The notes beneath the pieces are model-generated. The model searched no databases. It saw nothing but the letters and a program-made list of their open reading frames with translations, and was not told the origin of the DNA. The position numbers and the translations under genes were made by a program. DNA of 64,000 nucleotides from Bacteroidota bacterium (GTDB lineage: Bacteria > Bacteroidota > Bacteroidia > NS11-12g > UBA955), in contig JAIYAW010000005.1 of NCBI GenBank assembly GCA_027488835.1, positions 40,307 through 104,306 of the forward strand. The letters run 5' to 3'. This document shows positions 28,866 through 37,073 of the stretch, one piece after another. Position 1 is the stretch's first letter, and each line of letters begins with the position of its first letter.

Positions 28866-30650
28866 TCATTTCTTAAGTTGTTCTAAGAGTTTTTTGTTTA
28901 ACGCTATTAATTCTTGATTTTGCTTTTTTAATTCTTCAATTTGAGCTTGTTGTTCTTGAATGGCTTTTACAATTGGCACAACAAAATTACCATAACGCAA
29001 TCCATAATAACTTTTCTCGTTTTTAGGCGCATCCACACCGTCGAATTCGTATCCAACTTCTTTTGCAGCTGTTTCAACATCTTGCGCTAAGAATCCGCTT
29101 GTTACAGTTTTTTCGCCATCGTATTTTGTAGTCCAATTCACAGAATCGTGAACGTTCAAGAAAATATTCATTTTATGAATATCCACATTATAAGTAACTG
29201 GTTTTAGCTTCATAATGAAATCTAAGCCTGAAACATTTTCTTTGATGTTTTTCTTAAATCGGGCATCACTTAGGGTTGTCCAACCCACTTGTCCACCTAT
29301 AGAAGTTATCGAGGAATTTCCAATTCGAACCATATCGCTGGCAGTTGCCTTTGACGAATTCCCTATGGCCGTAGTATTGTCCATATTCCCATTTGTTCCC
29401 GCATAATATCCAAGTGCGGAGTTATAATAACCTGTGTAATTGTAATAACCAGAATAATAACCAATTCCAGTATTGTAATATCCTGAAGTATTGTAATATC
29501 CACTTCCATAACCCTCATATGTATTTCCATAACCCAAGCTGTTCGATGCAAGTGAATATGAACCAGTGGCAGTATTGTAATGACCATAAGAGTTACTCCC
29601 AAGTGAATAACAACCATTAGCTGTATTCATAATACCACCTACATTATAAATCATGGAGTAAATACCTGAACAAGTATTGTAAGTTCCTGTAGTATTGTAA
29701 TATAAACTTCTATAGCCAATTCCCACGTTGTAAGAACCAGAAGTATTTGCAGTTAATGGTTCGTAACCAATCCCCACGTTGTATGTGCCTGTTGTATTTT
29801 GATATAATGCACTTGCACCAACGGCACAGTTATAAGATCCATTGTTATTTGCATACATCGCTTGCCATCCCAATGCGGTATTGTAATACCCTCCAGCATT
29901 GCTTTTTAAAGCATCTTTACCCAAAGCAATATTTGAATAGCCACTCGATGCTAAATTTGCTCTGTATCCAATTGAAATATTGTCGTTTGAAGGGTTTAAT
30001 TCTCCATACCAAGTATTGTTTACTCTGAAACGCAAAGCAACATTATCGGTTGTTCCAATAAAGTTATTTGAAGCGCTTAAGCCAGAATTTCCTGTCGTTC
30101 TCCATTGACTGGTTAAATTTACAAATCCACCACCTTTAGATAAAAAGATTGAATCGTTTGAAAGTCTTATTTTTTGAATTTCATTTAAGGTATCGTTATC
30201 TATCAATTTTTGCTTGGCAACGAGGGTAACTTGACCGTAATCATTGATAGTTACTATTGGAAATTCATTTACTGTGCCATATGTACCTTTAATAATTCCA
30301 GTTTTGGCAATATCTACATTTCCTTTACCTTGAACCATGCCCCCAGTTAATCCTGGTCCAAAAGTAATTGAACGCATAACAGGAACCCATTTGCTTTGTT
30401 CATAATACCAAAATCCAGCAGTATCATCTGTTTGGTAAATCATCAAACCATTTGCTGGGGTTGGAATTAGGAATTTCTGAGCCCTGCTTAATCTTGGAAT
30501 CAACATGCCCTTACTCGTTGCACTTACATCCAACATTGCTGAGCCATTAGGCGTTGCGCCTGTTTCATTTATTCCCACATTTTGGGCTTGAAGGAAATGT
30601 GCCGATATTGTAAGGATGAGTAATGTGAATTTATGTAGTTTTTTATGCAT
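28866..30650 (-). CDS. Tail-fiber-domain surface protein with C-terminal peptidase S74 intramolecular-chaperone domain
   Basis: Signal peptide. Central YNT/YNV Gly-rich heptad-like repeats (GTYNVGIGYE, SGSYNVGIGYR, TGTYNTCSGIYS, YYNTGIGYYSGYYNYTGYYN). A C-terminal SDARFKKNI...auto-chaperone signature is followed by a coiled coil (QEQQAQIEELKKQNQEL). Confidence 0.75.
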   Translation of the reverse strand: MHKKLHKFTLLILTISAHFLQAQNVGINETGATPNGSAMLDVSATSKGMLIPRLSRAQKFLIPTPANGLMIYQTDDTAGFWYYEQSKWVPVMRSITFGPGLTGGMVQGKGNVDIAKTGIIKGTYGTVNEFPIVTINDYGQVTLVAKQKLIDNDTLNEIQKIRLSNDSIFLSKGGGFVNLTSQWRTTGNSGLSASNNFIGTTDNVALRFRVNNTWYGELNPSNDNISIGYRANLASSGYSNIALGKDALKSNAGGYYNTALGWQAMYANNNGSYNCAVGASALYQNTTGTYNVGIGYEPLTANTSGSYNVGIGYRSLYYNTTGTYNTCSGIYSMIYNVGGIMNTANGCYSLGSNSYGHYNTATGSYSLASNSLGYGNTYEGYGSGYYNTSGYYNTGIGYYSGYYNYTGYYNSALGYYAGTNGNMDNTTAIGNSSKATASDMVRIGNSSITSIGGQVGWTTLSDARFKKNIKENVSGLDFIMKLKPVTYNVDIHKMNIFLNVHDSVNWTTKYDGEKTVTSGFLAQDVETAAKEVGYEFDGVDAPKNEKSYYGLRYGNFVVPIVKAIQEQQAQIEELKKQNQELIALNKKLLEQLKK

Positions 30651-30720
30651 ATTTTATAATTAAAGCAGTTATTAAGTCGTGAATATAAGAAAAATTATTG
30701 AGATTCAATTTTTCCCAGTT

Positions 30721-31476
30721 CTACTTCTTCTTAGACGCAATAACAAATTCATGGTTGCCTAGCTTTAATTTTTGTTTCAACTGTAAGTTGTTCATTGACC
30801 AATATATAGGCAATAGTTTTGCGGTTTTTAAGCGTTCTTCAAAATCAGATCCAAATAGTCTTAAGTGGTCAAATTGTCCAAGCTTTTCTATACGCTCATG
30901 CTTATTCCATGATATTTGCCCCTCAAGGGTATGAGGGATTTTTAGCGACATTGGAACTTGAGTAATGGCAATTCCTCCCGTTTTAAGCGTTCTATGAATT
31001 TCTTTCAATGCAGTTTCCACGTTTTCAACGTGTTCCAGTACATGGTTGCAAATAATAAAATCGAAAAAATTACTTTCAAATGGCAAATCCATTACATTTC
31101 CATGAATAACTGATTTGTCATAAGTAAAAAAATATCCCTTGGTGCGTAAATCAATTTTAACAATATCCAATTGAAATTCGGAAGCTAATTTTTTTGACAA
31201 GGATTTTTCCGGAGCAACATGCAGTAACTTCTTTCCAATTAATTGTTCAGGAGAGAAATTGCATTTGAAATATTCTAATATCAATCTATCACGGTCAGAA
31301 GATCCACATTTGGGACAGTCAACTTCTCTCTTTCCTGCGCCTATAATTTCTAATTTAGTGATAATTGAATAATCATGCCCCCGCTGCAAAAATTTATAAG
31401 CATGAAAGCCACAAATATTGCAATGATATTTATCCCCCCGGAATAAAAAATGGGGCAAAAAAAATGAGAATCCCAT
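30721..31476 (-). CDS. Class I SAM-dependent methyltransferase with N-terminal Cys4 zinc-ribbon
   Basis: CNICGF...CPKCGS zinc ribbon, then methyltransferase motif I-like LHVAPEKS and a VLEHVEN segment (methyltransferase type 11-like). Confidence 0.7.
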   Translation of the reverse strand: MGFSFFLPHFLFRGDKYHCNICGFHAYKFLQRGHDYSIITKLEIIGAGKREVDCPKCGSSDRDRLILEYFKCNFSPEQLIGKKLLHVAPEKSLSKKLASEFQLDIVKIDLRTKGYFFTYDKSVIHGNVMDLPFESNFFDFIICNHVLEHVENVETALKEIHRTLKTGGIAITQVPMSLKIPHTLEGQISWNKHERIEKLGQFDHLRLFGSDFEERLKTAKLLPIYWSMNNLQLKQKLKLGNHEFVIASKKK

Positions 31477-31527
31477 AGAATTCTCAAATTTAATTCGAAA
31501 TATAAAAAAACGGGAAATAGTTTCTAT

Positions 31528-32658
31528 TTATTTCACTTTCATTAATTCAGTATCGAAAATCAATGTTGCGTTTGGAGGAATAACCCCACCCGCACCGCGT
31601 TTTCCGTAACCCAATTCTGAAGGGATAATCAACTTGTATTTAGCACCTTCTTTCATCAATGCAATACCTTCATCCCAACCTGGAATTACTTGTCCAATAC
31701 CCAATTTAAATTCAATAGGTTCGTTTCTAGAATAAGAATTATCGAACTCACGACCATCCATTAATTTACCACTGTAGTGAACAGAAACAGTTTTGCCAGC
31801 TACTGCTTGCGCACCTTCTCCTTGACGTTCTACAACATAATATAAACCTGATGCAGTTTTTTGTGCGGCAGGGTAAGTGGTTTTGATCCAGTTTTCAAAT
31901 TTTGAAGCGGCTTCTTTTTCTGCGTTCATAGCTTTATTTTTTATTTCAGTCATGTATTTTTCTTTGCTAGCATCATCGGCTTGGAACGCTTTTGCAGCAG
32001 CACCTTGTCTGATGATTGTAACGGTTTCAATAATGTCGTCTTGTTTGATTGCATTCACAACATCCATTCCTGTAACTACTTTTCCAAAAACGGTATGCAT
32101 ACCGTCTAACCATGGTGTTGCAACGTGTGTAATGAAAAATTGACTTCCGTTTGTTCCTGGTCCAGCATTTGCCATAGACAATACACCTGGTCCTTCATGC
32201 TTCAACGTAGCATCAAATTCATCAGGGAATTGATAACCTGGTCCACCAGTTCCTGTTCCAAGAGGATCACCACCTTGAACCATGAAATCTGCAATTACAC
32301 GGTGAAATTTCAATCCGTCGTAATAATGTACACCATCACCCTTGGCAGTGTTTTTGATTTTACCTTCAGCCAATCCAACAAAGTTGCAAACGGTCATAGG
32401 GGTTTTGTCAAAATGTAATTTAATTAGAATTGTGCCTTTGCTGGTTTTCATTTCAGCATACAACCCATCAGCCATAGCACCGTTCTCAGCTGGAATGTTG
32501 TTGGTTTCTTGATTATTTGTATTCGTCATATTTGATTTCTTTTCAGTTGTTTTAGCTGGTTGCTCAGCTTTCGGCTTTGTTGTGGGTTTCCCCTTTGGTT
32601 GAGCCATAGCGCTTACTGAACAAGCAAGAGCGGCTAAGATTGCGATGTATGTTTTCAT
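31528..32658 (-). CDS. Periplasmic dual-family peptidyl-prolyl isomerase (cyclophilin domain fused to FKBP domain; CFBP-type)
   Basis: Signal peptide plus a low-complexity K/T/E linker. Cyclophilin core ([31 protein letters not shown]) is followed by an FKBP core ([16 protein letters not shown]...[15 protein letters not shown]...[13 protein letters not shown]). Confidence 0.85.
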   Translation of the reverse strand: MKTYIAILAALACSVSAMAQPKGKPTTKPKAEQPAKTTEKKSNMTNTNNQETNNIPAENGAMADGLYAEMKTSKGTILIKLHFDKTPMTVCNFVGLAEGKIKNTAKGDGVHYYDGLKFHRVIADFMVQGGDPLGTGTGGPGYQFPDEFDATLKHEGPGVLSMANAGPGTNGSQFFITHVATPWLDGMHTVFGKVVTGMDVVNAIKQDDIIETVTIIRQGAAAKAFQADDASKEKYMTEIKNKAMNAEKEAASKFENWIKTTYPAAQKTASGLYYVVERQGEGAQAVAGKTVSVHYSGKLMDGREFDNSYSRNEPIEFKLGIGQVIPGWDEGIALMKEGAKYKLIIPSELGYGKRGAGGVIPPNATLIFDTELMKVK

Positions 32659-33005
32659 GATTTTAATATTTCTTCTTTGAGTTTTTTTGGCAATTTTCTT
32701 ACCACTTGTTCATAACTGTGGTCAATGAGCGAAATTACGAATTCTGAAGTTAATCCGTCAAATGAAACCGTATTCCAAAGCGATTTATTTGTATGAAATC
32801 CCGGAATTATCTGCTCATATTCTTCCCTTAATTCAATTGCATATTGTGGTTCGCATTTTAAAGTAATTGATATAAAGTTATTTATGTCGCCAATGCAAAA
32901 CATCTTTCCTGCCACTTTCCACACAATGGTGGACTCGTCAAAAGGGAAAGTTTCTTCGACAAAAGCTTTTGATAAGCAATGGTTTTGAATAATTTCGAAA
33001 CTCAT
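32655..33005 (-). CDS. MmcQ/YjbR-family protein
   Basis: 116 aa with family-typical spacing of conserved segments ([13 protein letters not shown]...LKCEP); weak motif evidence only. Confidence 0.6.
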   Translation of the reverse strand: MSFEIIQNHCLSKAFVEETFPFDESTIVWKVAGKMFCIGDINNFISITLKCEPQYAIELREEYEQIIPGFHTNKSLWNTVSFDGLTSEFVISLIDHSYEQVVRKLPKKLKEEILKS

Positions 33006-33071
33006 TTTGATAATTTTCGTGCTACAAAACTAATCAATCCTTTAACTTTGTAAAAATCTTTTACCACAGAA

Positions 33072-34253
33072 ATGCAAAAAATTGGTGTTTATATTACTTT
33101 ACTCTTGCTGGTCGCAGCAAATTCATTTGTTTTCGGACAAAAAAATGCAACCAAACAAAATTCCAAATCTGAAATTCACGTTGTTTTCCCTGTTGCAGAT
33201 GAATCAGGTACGCGTGCCAAAAAAATACCGCGTACCCGTTTTGATAAATTAACGGTCGATAATAACGGTTTGGTTTATAAAAACAACGAATTATTCACTG
33301 GATATTTTTATATGGTTTTTAATCCAAATGAAAAACCTACTGCCGATAAAAAGTTAGTTAGATACATTACTTCAAGAGAAGGACATTATACTAACGGACT
33401 TAAAGACAGTGCATATTACGAATATTCAAAAGAAGGGATCAAACAAGTGTTTGAAACCTATTTAATGGGAAAGAAAAATGGTCCGTTTGCTTATTATTTC
33501 GAAAATGGGGCAGTGGAAATTGAAGGCAATTTTTCTAATGGAGAACTCGATGGTAAAGTAATTGGATATTTTGCTAATGGAAATAAAAATTACATCAACC
33601 TTTACAACATAGGAAATCGCAATGGTACTTGCTCTACCTTTTTTCAAGATGGAACCCTAGAACAGGAAGCTACTTTTGTGAATGAAATTCCAGATGGCGA
33701 TGTGATTGGATATTTCCCCACTGGTAAGGTGAGAAGCATCAAAACCTTAAACATGGGTGTTTTGGAGGGACGTAATTACGTGTTTCACAAAAATGGTTGC
33801 CCTGCCATTGAAGAATATTATAAACATGGTAAGTTGGATAGTTTGCAACGCGCTTTTGATTATTTAAGTTGTAACGTCATCACTTCAGGTTATTGGAAAG
33901 ACGGCAAAAAAAACGGAGTATTTGTTAGTTATGACATGTTTGGAGATACGCTAGATTGCAAAACATTTAAAGAAGATAAGCGCGATGGTCTATTTGCTGT
34001 GTACAAAGAAAAATGGAATCCAGAAGCTAAAAAAATGGAACTATTGCCAGAAACAATGGGGATTTTCGAAAATGAGTCGCCAAACGGATTCTGGTTTTAT
34101 GGTAGAATTTCTAACCAAGACAGAAGAGAAGGCAAATACGATTTGGGAGTTAAAGTGGGTGAGTGGAACTACTATAATAAAGAGGGTGAATTGTTTTACA
34201 AACAATGGTATGATAATGATGGCAACTTGTTAAAAGATAAAGCCCTCAATTAA
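33072..34253 (+). CDS. Secreted MORN-repeat (YwqK-family) protein
   Basis: Signal peptide. Multiple approx 23-aa repeats of the YxxGxxxGxxxxYxxNG type (GYFANGNKNYINLYNIGNRNG; GYFPTGKVRSIK). Confidence 0.7.
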   Translation: MQKIGVYITLLLLVAANSFVFGQKNATKQNSKSEIHVVFPVADESGTRAKKIPRTRFDKLTVDNNGLVYKNNELFTGYFYMVFNPNEKPTADKKLVRYITSREGHYTNGLKDSAYYEYSKEGIKQVFETYLMGKKNGPFAYYFENGAVEIEGNFSNGELDGKVIGYFANGNKNYINLYNIGNRNGTCSTFFQDGTLEQEATFVNEIPDGDVIGYFPTGKVRSIKTLNMGVLEGRNYVFHKNGCPAIEEYYKHGKLDSLQRAFDYLSCNVITSGYWKDGKKNGVFVSYDMFGDTLDCKTFKEDKRDGLFAVYKEKWNPEAKKMELLPETMGIFENESPNGFWFYGRISNQDRREGKYDLGVKVGEWNYYNKEGELFYKQWYDNDGNLLKDKALN

Positions 34254-34254
34254 A

Positions 34255-34905
34255 GTGAGCCTCAATAAAATTGAACCTTTTGTAATTGGGATTACCGGTC
34301 TATCAGGTTCCGGCAAATCTTTCTATGTCAATTTATTGAAAGAAAAACTTGGCAATCATGTTTGTGTAGTTGGTTTTGACGATTATTATAAGTCATTAGA
34401 TCAGCAAATTACGGATGAAAATGGCGAAACAAATTATGATTTGCCTTCGGCCTTATATCAAGATAAGTTTCATGAAGACCTGCTTAAACTAATTGATTAT
34501 CAAACTGTAGAAATTAAAAAATACCAGTTTGAAAATTACGATGCTCCTGAGGTCACTGAAATTATAAAGCCTGCACCTATTTTGGTGGTTGAAGGATTGT
34601 TTGTGTTGGATTGTCAACCCGTAAATAATTTGTTGAACTTTAGAATATTTATGGATTGTAATTTGGAGCTTTGTTTCAGTCGCAGATTATTGAGAGATGT
34701 TACTCAAAGAAATATTCCTGAAATCAAAAGCAGATATCAATGGACAAACCATGTGTTGCCCGCATTTGAAAAATTCATCGTTCCTTACAAAGAAAGCTGT
34801 AATTTAGTAATTGAAAATAATGGAATACCAGATGAAAACATTGAAGCAATTATTGCAAAAATCAAACTGTTGGCACATCCTTCTGTGACGAATAGATTGC
34901 CTTAA
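34255..34905 (+). CDS. udk: Uridine kinase family protein
   Basis: P-loop IGITGLSGSGKSF at the N-terminus; DDYYK, VVEG and RRLLRD segments typical of uridine/cytidine kinase. The start is a GTG overlapping the previous stop. Confidence 0.75.
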   Translation: MSLNKIEPFVIGITGLSGSGKSFYVNLLKEKLGNHVCVVGFDDYYKSLDQQITDENGETNYDLPSALYQDKFHEDLLKLIDYQTVEIKKYQFENYDAPEVTEIIKPAPILVVEGLFVLDCQPVNNLLNFRIFMDCNLELCFSRRLLRDVTQRNIPEIKSRYQWTNHVLPAFEKFIVPYKESCNLVIENNGIPDENIEAIIAKIKLLAHPSVTNRLP

Positions 34906-35405
34906 ATAAATATTTGTTCGCTCCCTCTATCTTGGGTATTGTATATAGCAAAACTCGCTTCTCCAAATAATCCTGCAATTTCTCCTGGATTCATATACAA
35001 AGCACTTCCAAATTTTTGTTTGTGATATTTGTGTGTATGTCCAAAGAAAACGCAATCAAACCAACCAGTTTTTATCATAGTATGGGCATAAAACGGGTAG
35101 TGCGTTACCCCAATTTTAATTCCATCGAACACCAATTGTGTATCTAAATCGCCAATGAATTCTCCGTAAATTTTTATTTGAGGGAAATTCGCCGCCACTT
35201 GAGAAATATTAAATCTGTCGCCATCGTTGTTACCAAAAACAGCATATACATTTAAACCACTCTTCCCTAATTCATTTACTACAAATGGAGAACAAAAGTC
35301 CCCACAAATGATTAAGTCATTAATATTTCGTTCTTTTAACGTTGTTATCGCCTTTTTTAAGTTGGTTATATTGTCGTGTATGTCGCTGATTATTCCGAAT
35401 TCCAT
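34902..35405 (-). CDS. YfcE/MJ0936-type metallophosphoesterase
   Basis: MEFGIISDIHDN, ICGDF, GNNDGD and GHTH metal-ligand motifs. The track ORF begins at 35471, but the family N-terminus begins at the internal MEFGII... (complement of 35405). Confidence 0.8.
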   Translation of the reverse strand: MEFGIISDIHDNITNLKKAITTLKERNINDLIICGDFCSPFVVNELGKSGLNVYAVFGNNDGDRFNISQVAANFPQIKIYGEFIGDLDTQLVFDGIKIGVTHYPFYAHTMIKTGWFDCVFFGHTHKYHKQKFGSALYMNPGEIAGLFGEASFAIYNTQDRGSEQIFI

Positions 35406-35471
35406 AGAAAGATTTGTAAAATTTTGCTCGAAAATACAAAATGGTTGTAATTTTGCAGTAAATATTTTCAA

Positions 35472-35819
35472 ATGGCAATAATAATCACTGAAGAATGTAT
35501 CAATTGTGGAGCATGTGAACCAGAATGTCCGAATAATGCAATTTATGAGGCTGGAGTAGATTGGACGCTCGCCGATGGAACGGGAGTAACGGGTATGTTT
35601 ACCATGGCAAATGGTTCAGAAGTATCGGTTGACCATAAATTTTCTGCCATTAGCAATGAAGTTTATTTTATTGTTCCTGATAAATGTACCGAATGTACTG
35701 GCTTTCATGAAGAGCCACAATGTGCAGCTGTTTGTCCTGTAGATTGTTGTGTGCCTGATCCTGATCATGTTGAGAGCAAAGAAGTATTGCTCGACAGAAA
35801 GACCCGTCTACATTTGTAG
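35472..35819 (+). CDS. 4Fe-4S dicluster ferredoxin
   Basis: Two cluster motifs CINCGACEPECP and CTECTGF...CAAVCPVDC; 115 aa. Confidence 0.85.
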   Translation: MAIIITEECINCGACEPECPNNAIYEAGVDWTLADGTGVTGMFTMANGSEVSVDHKFSAISNEVYFIVPDKCTECTGFHEEPQCAAVCPVDCCVPDPDHVESKEVLLDRKTRLHL

Positions 35820-35878
35820 TCGCACGAAAAAGTATTTTTTGATTATCCATTTTCATTATTAATCTTTGTATCATCGCT

Positions 35879-36619
35879 ATGTTCGATGTACAATATATTT
35901 GCTTGCAATCTTGGGTTCCAATTAGAGCCTCTAATAGCAGTGCCTCGGAAATGGTAACATCTTTACTTTTTGGTGAAACTTGCATTGCCGTTGGAGAATT
36001 AGACGATTGGCTTCAAGTTCGAACCAATCACGATGGTTATGCCGGTTTTGTTCCTAAAAATTATGTTTATTTGCTTGAAACGTATGCACATATTCAGTGG
36101 AAAATAGTGGCAGAGCCTTTTACTTACATGATACATAACCAAATGGTTATTCAACTTTCTCCAGGCTCCCGTATCCCTCAAAATAATCATATTTTGATTG
36201 AAGGAAATGAATATGTTTGGAAAAATGGGTTGGGTGTTAAAACCATTGTAAATATGTTGGAACATGCCCAATGGTTTTTGAATACCCCTTATTTGTGGGG
36301 CGGAAGAAGTATTTTTGGCATTGATTGCAGCGGATTAGTTCAAGTATTGGCACAAATGTCAAATCTTAAAATGCCGAGAGATGCATATCAACAAGCGCTA
36401 TGTGGTACAAGGAAAACTTGGAGTAACCGACAGGCCGGTGATTTGTGTTATTTCGAAAATAAAAGTGGCAAAATAACCCATGTTGGAATTTTAATTTCAA
36501 CGGAAAGAATTATTCACGCCTCGGGAAAAGTGAGAATTGATTTCATTACTCCAGAAGGAATTGTGAATAGTCAATCAAATGAACTTACACATAAATTAGC
36601 TGATATTAGAACTTGGTAA
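35879..36619 (+). CDS. C40 (NlpC/P60) family peptidase with N-terminal SH3-like domain
   Basis: Catalytic Cys in GGRSIFGIDCSGLVQ, His in ITHVGIL, plus a downstream His; N-terminal SH3b-like segment. Confidence 0.85.
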   Translation: MFDVQYICLQSWVPIRASNSSASEMVTSLLFGETCIAVGELDDWLQVRTNHDGYAGFVPKNYVYLLETYAHIQWKIVAEPFTYMIHNQMVIQLSPGSRIPQNNHILIEGNEYVWKNGLGVKTIVNMLEHAQWFLNTPYLWGGRSIFGIDCSGLVQVLAQMSNLKMPRDAYQQALCGTRKTWSNRQAGDLCYFENKSGKITHVGILISTERIIHASGKVRIDFITPEGIVNSQSNELTHKLADIRTW

Positions 36620-36623
36620 AATT

Positions 36624-37070
36624 ATGAAACTCGCAGAATATATTGATGAATTTAAAGGGTCTTATCACCCACTTGAAGGAGTGAAATTTGGATTTGAAGC
36701 CTCCCAATCAGAGGCTCATGTTGATTTGACCGTAAACGCCGCAATGACATACATGCAAGGATTGATGATGTCTGGGAAAATTTCGGAAATTCAGAAGTTA
36801 GCAACGGGTGGATCAGAAGCTTTAAAGGACAGTCAATATTTTCAAGATTTACTTCAACAATGTGCAAATAGCTATTACGGGTTGGATTGGGATATTGAAA
36901 GGAAAAAGGTTTTGGCAGGAAGTATTTTGGCTTTCGTGTTGGAGGGATTGAGGGTGAAATTTCAATCTGGAGGATACGAATCGAATGCACAAGGCGTCAT
37001 GAAATTTCTTGGAATTGATTTGGGTATCATGGGCAAAATGGGTGGCATGTTTGGTAAATTTTTTAAGTAA
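36624..37070 (+). CDS. Hypothetical 148-aa protein with glycine-rich amphipathic C-terminal tail
   Basis: ORF 4 bp after the C40 gene and ending 3 bp before the next ORF. C-terminus LGIDLGIMGKMGGMFGKFFK. No known domain recognised. Confidence 0.4.
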   Translation: MKLAEYIDEFKGSYHPLEGVKFGFEASQSEAHVDLTVNAAMTYMQGLMMSGKISEIQKLATGGSEALKDSQYFQDLLQQCANSYYGLDWDIERKKVLAGSILAFVLEGLRVKFQSGGYESNAQGVMKFLGIDLGIMGKMGGMFGKFFK

Positions 37071-37073
37071 TTA

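Noticed and set aside
29363-29620. Pair of overlapping 75-84-aa ORFs on both strands inside the tail-fiber gene
   Set aside because: They are artefacts of the periodic repeat-encoding DNA, shown by their low-complexity H/I/V/N-rich translations. The real frame is the 594-aa minus-strand gene.
28866-30650. Prophage remnant suggested by the tail-fiber annotation
   Set aside because: No capsid, terminase, portal, integrase or other phage genes flank it. The protein has a signal peptide and the Bacteroidetes cellular S74-chaperone tail-fiber-domain architecture.
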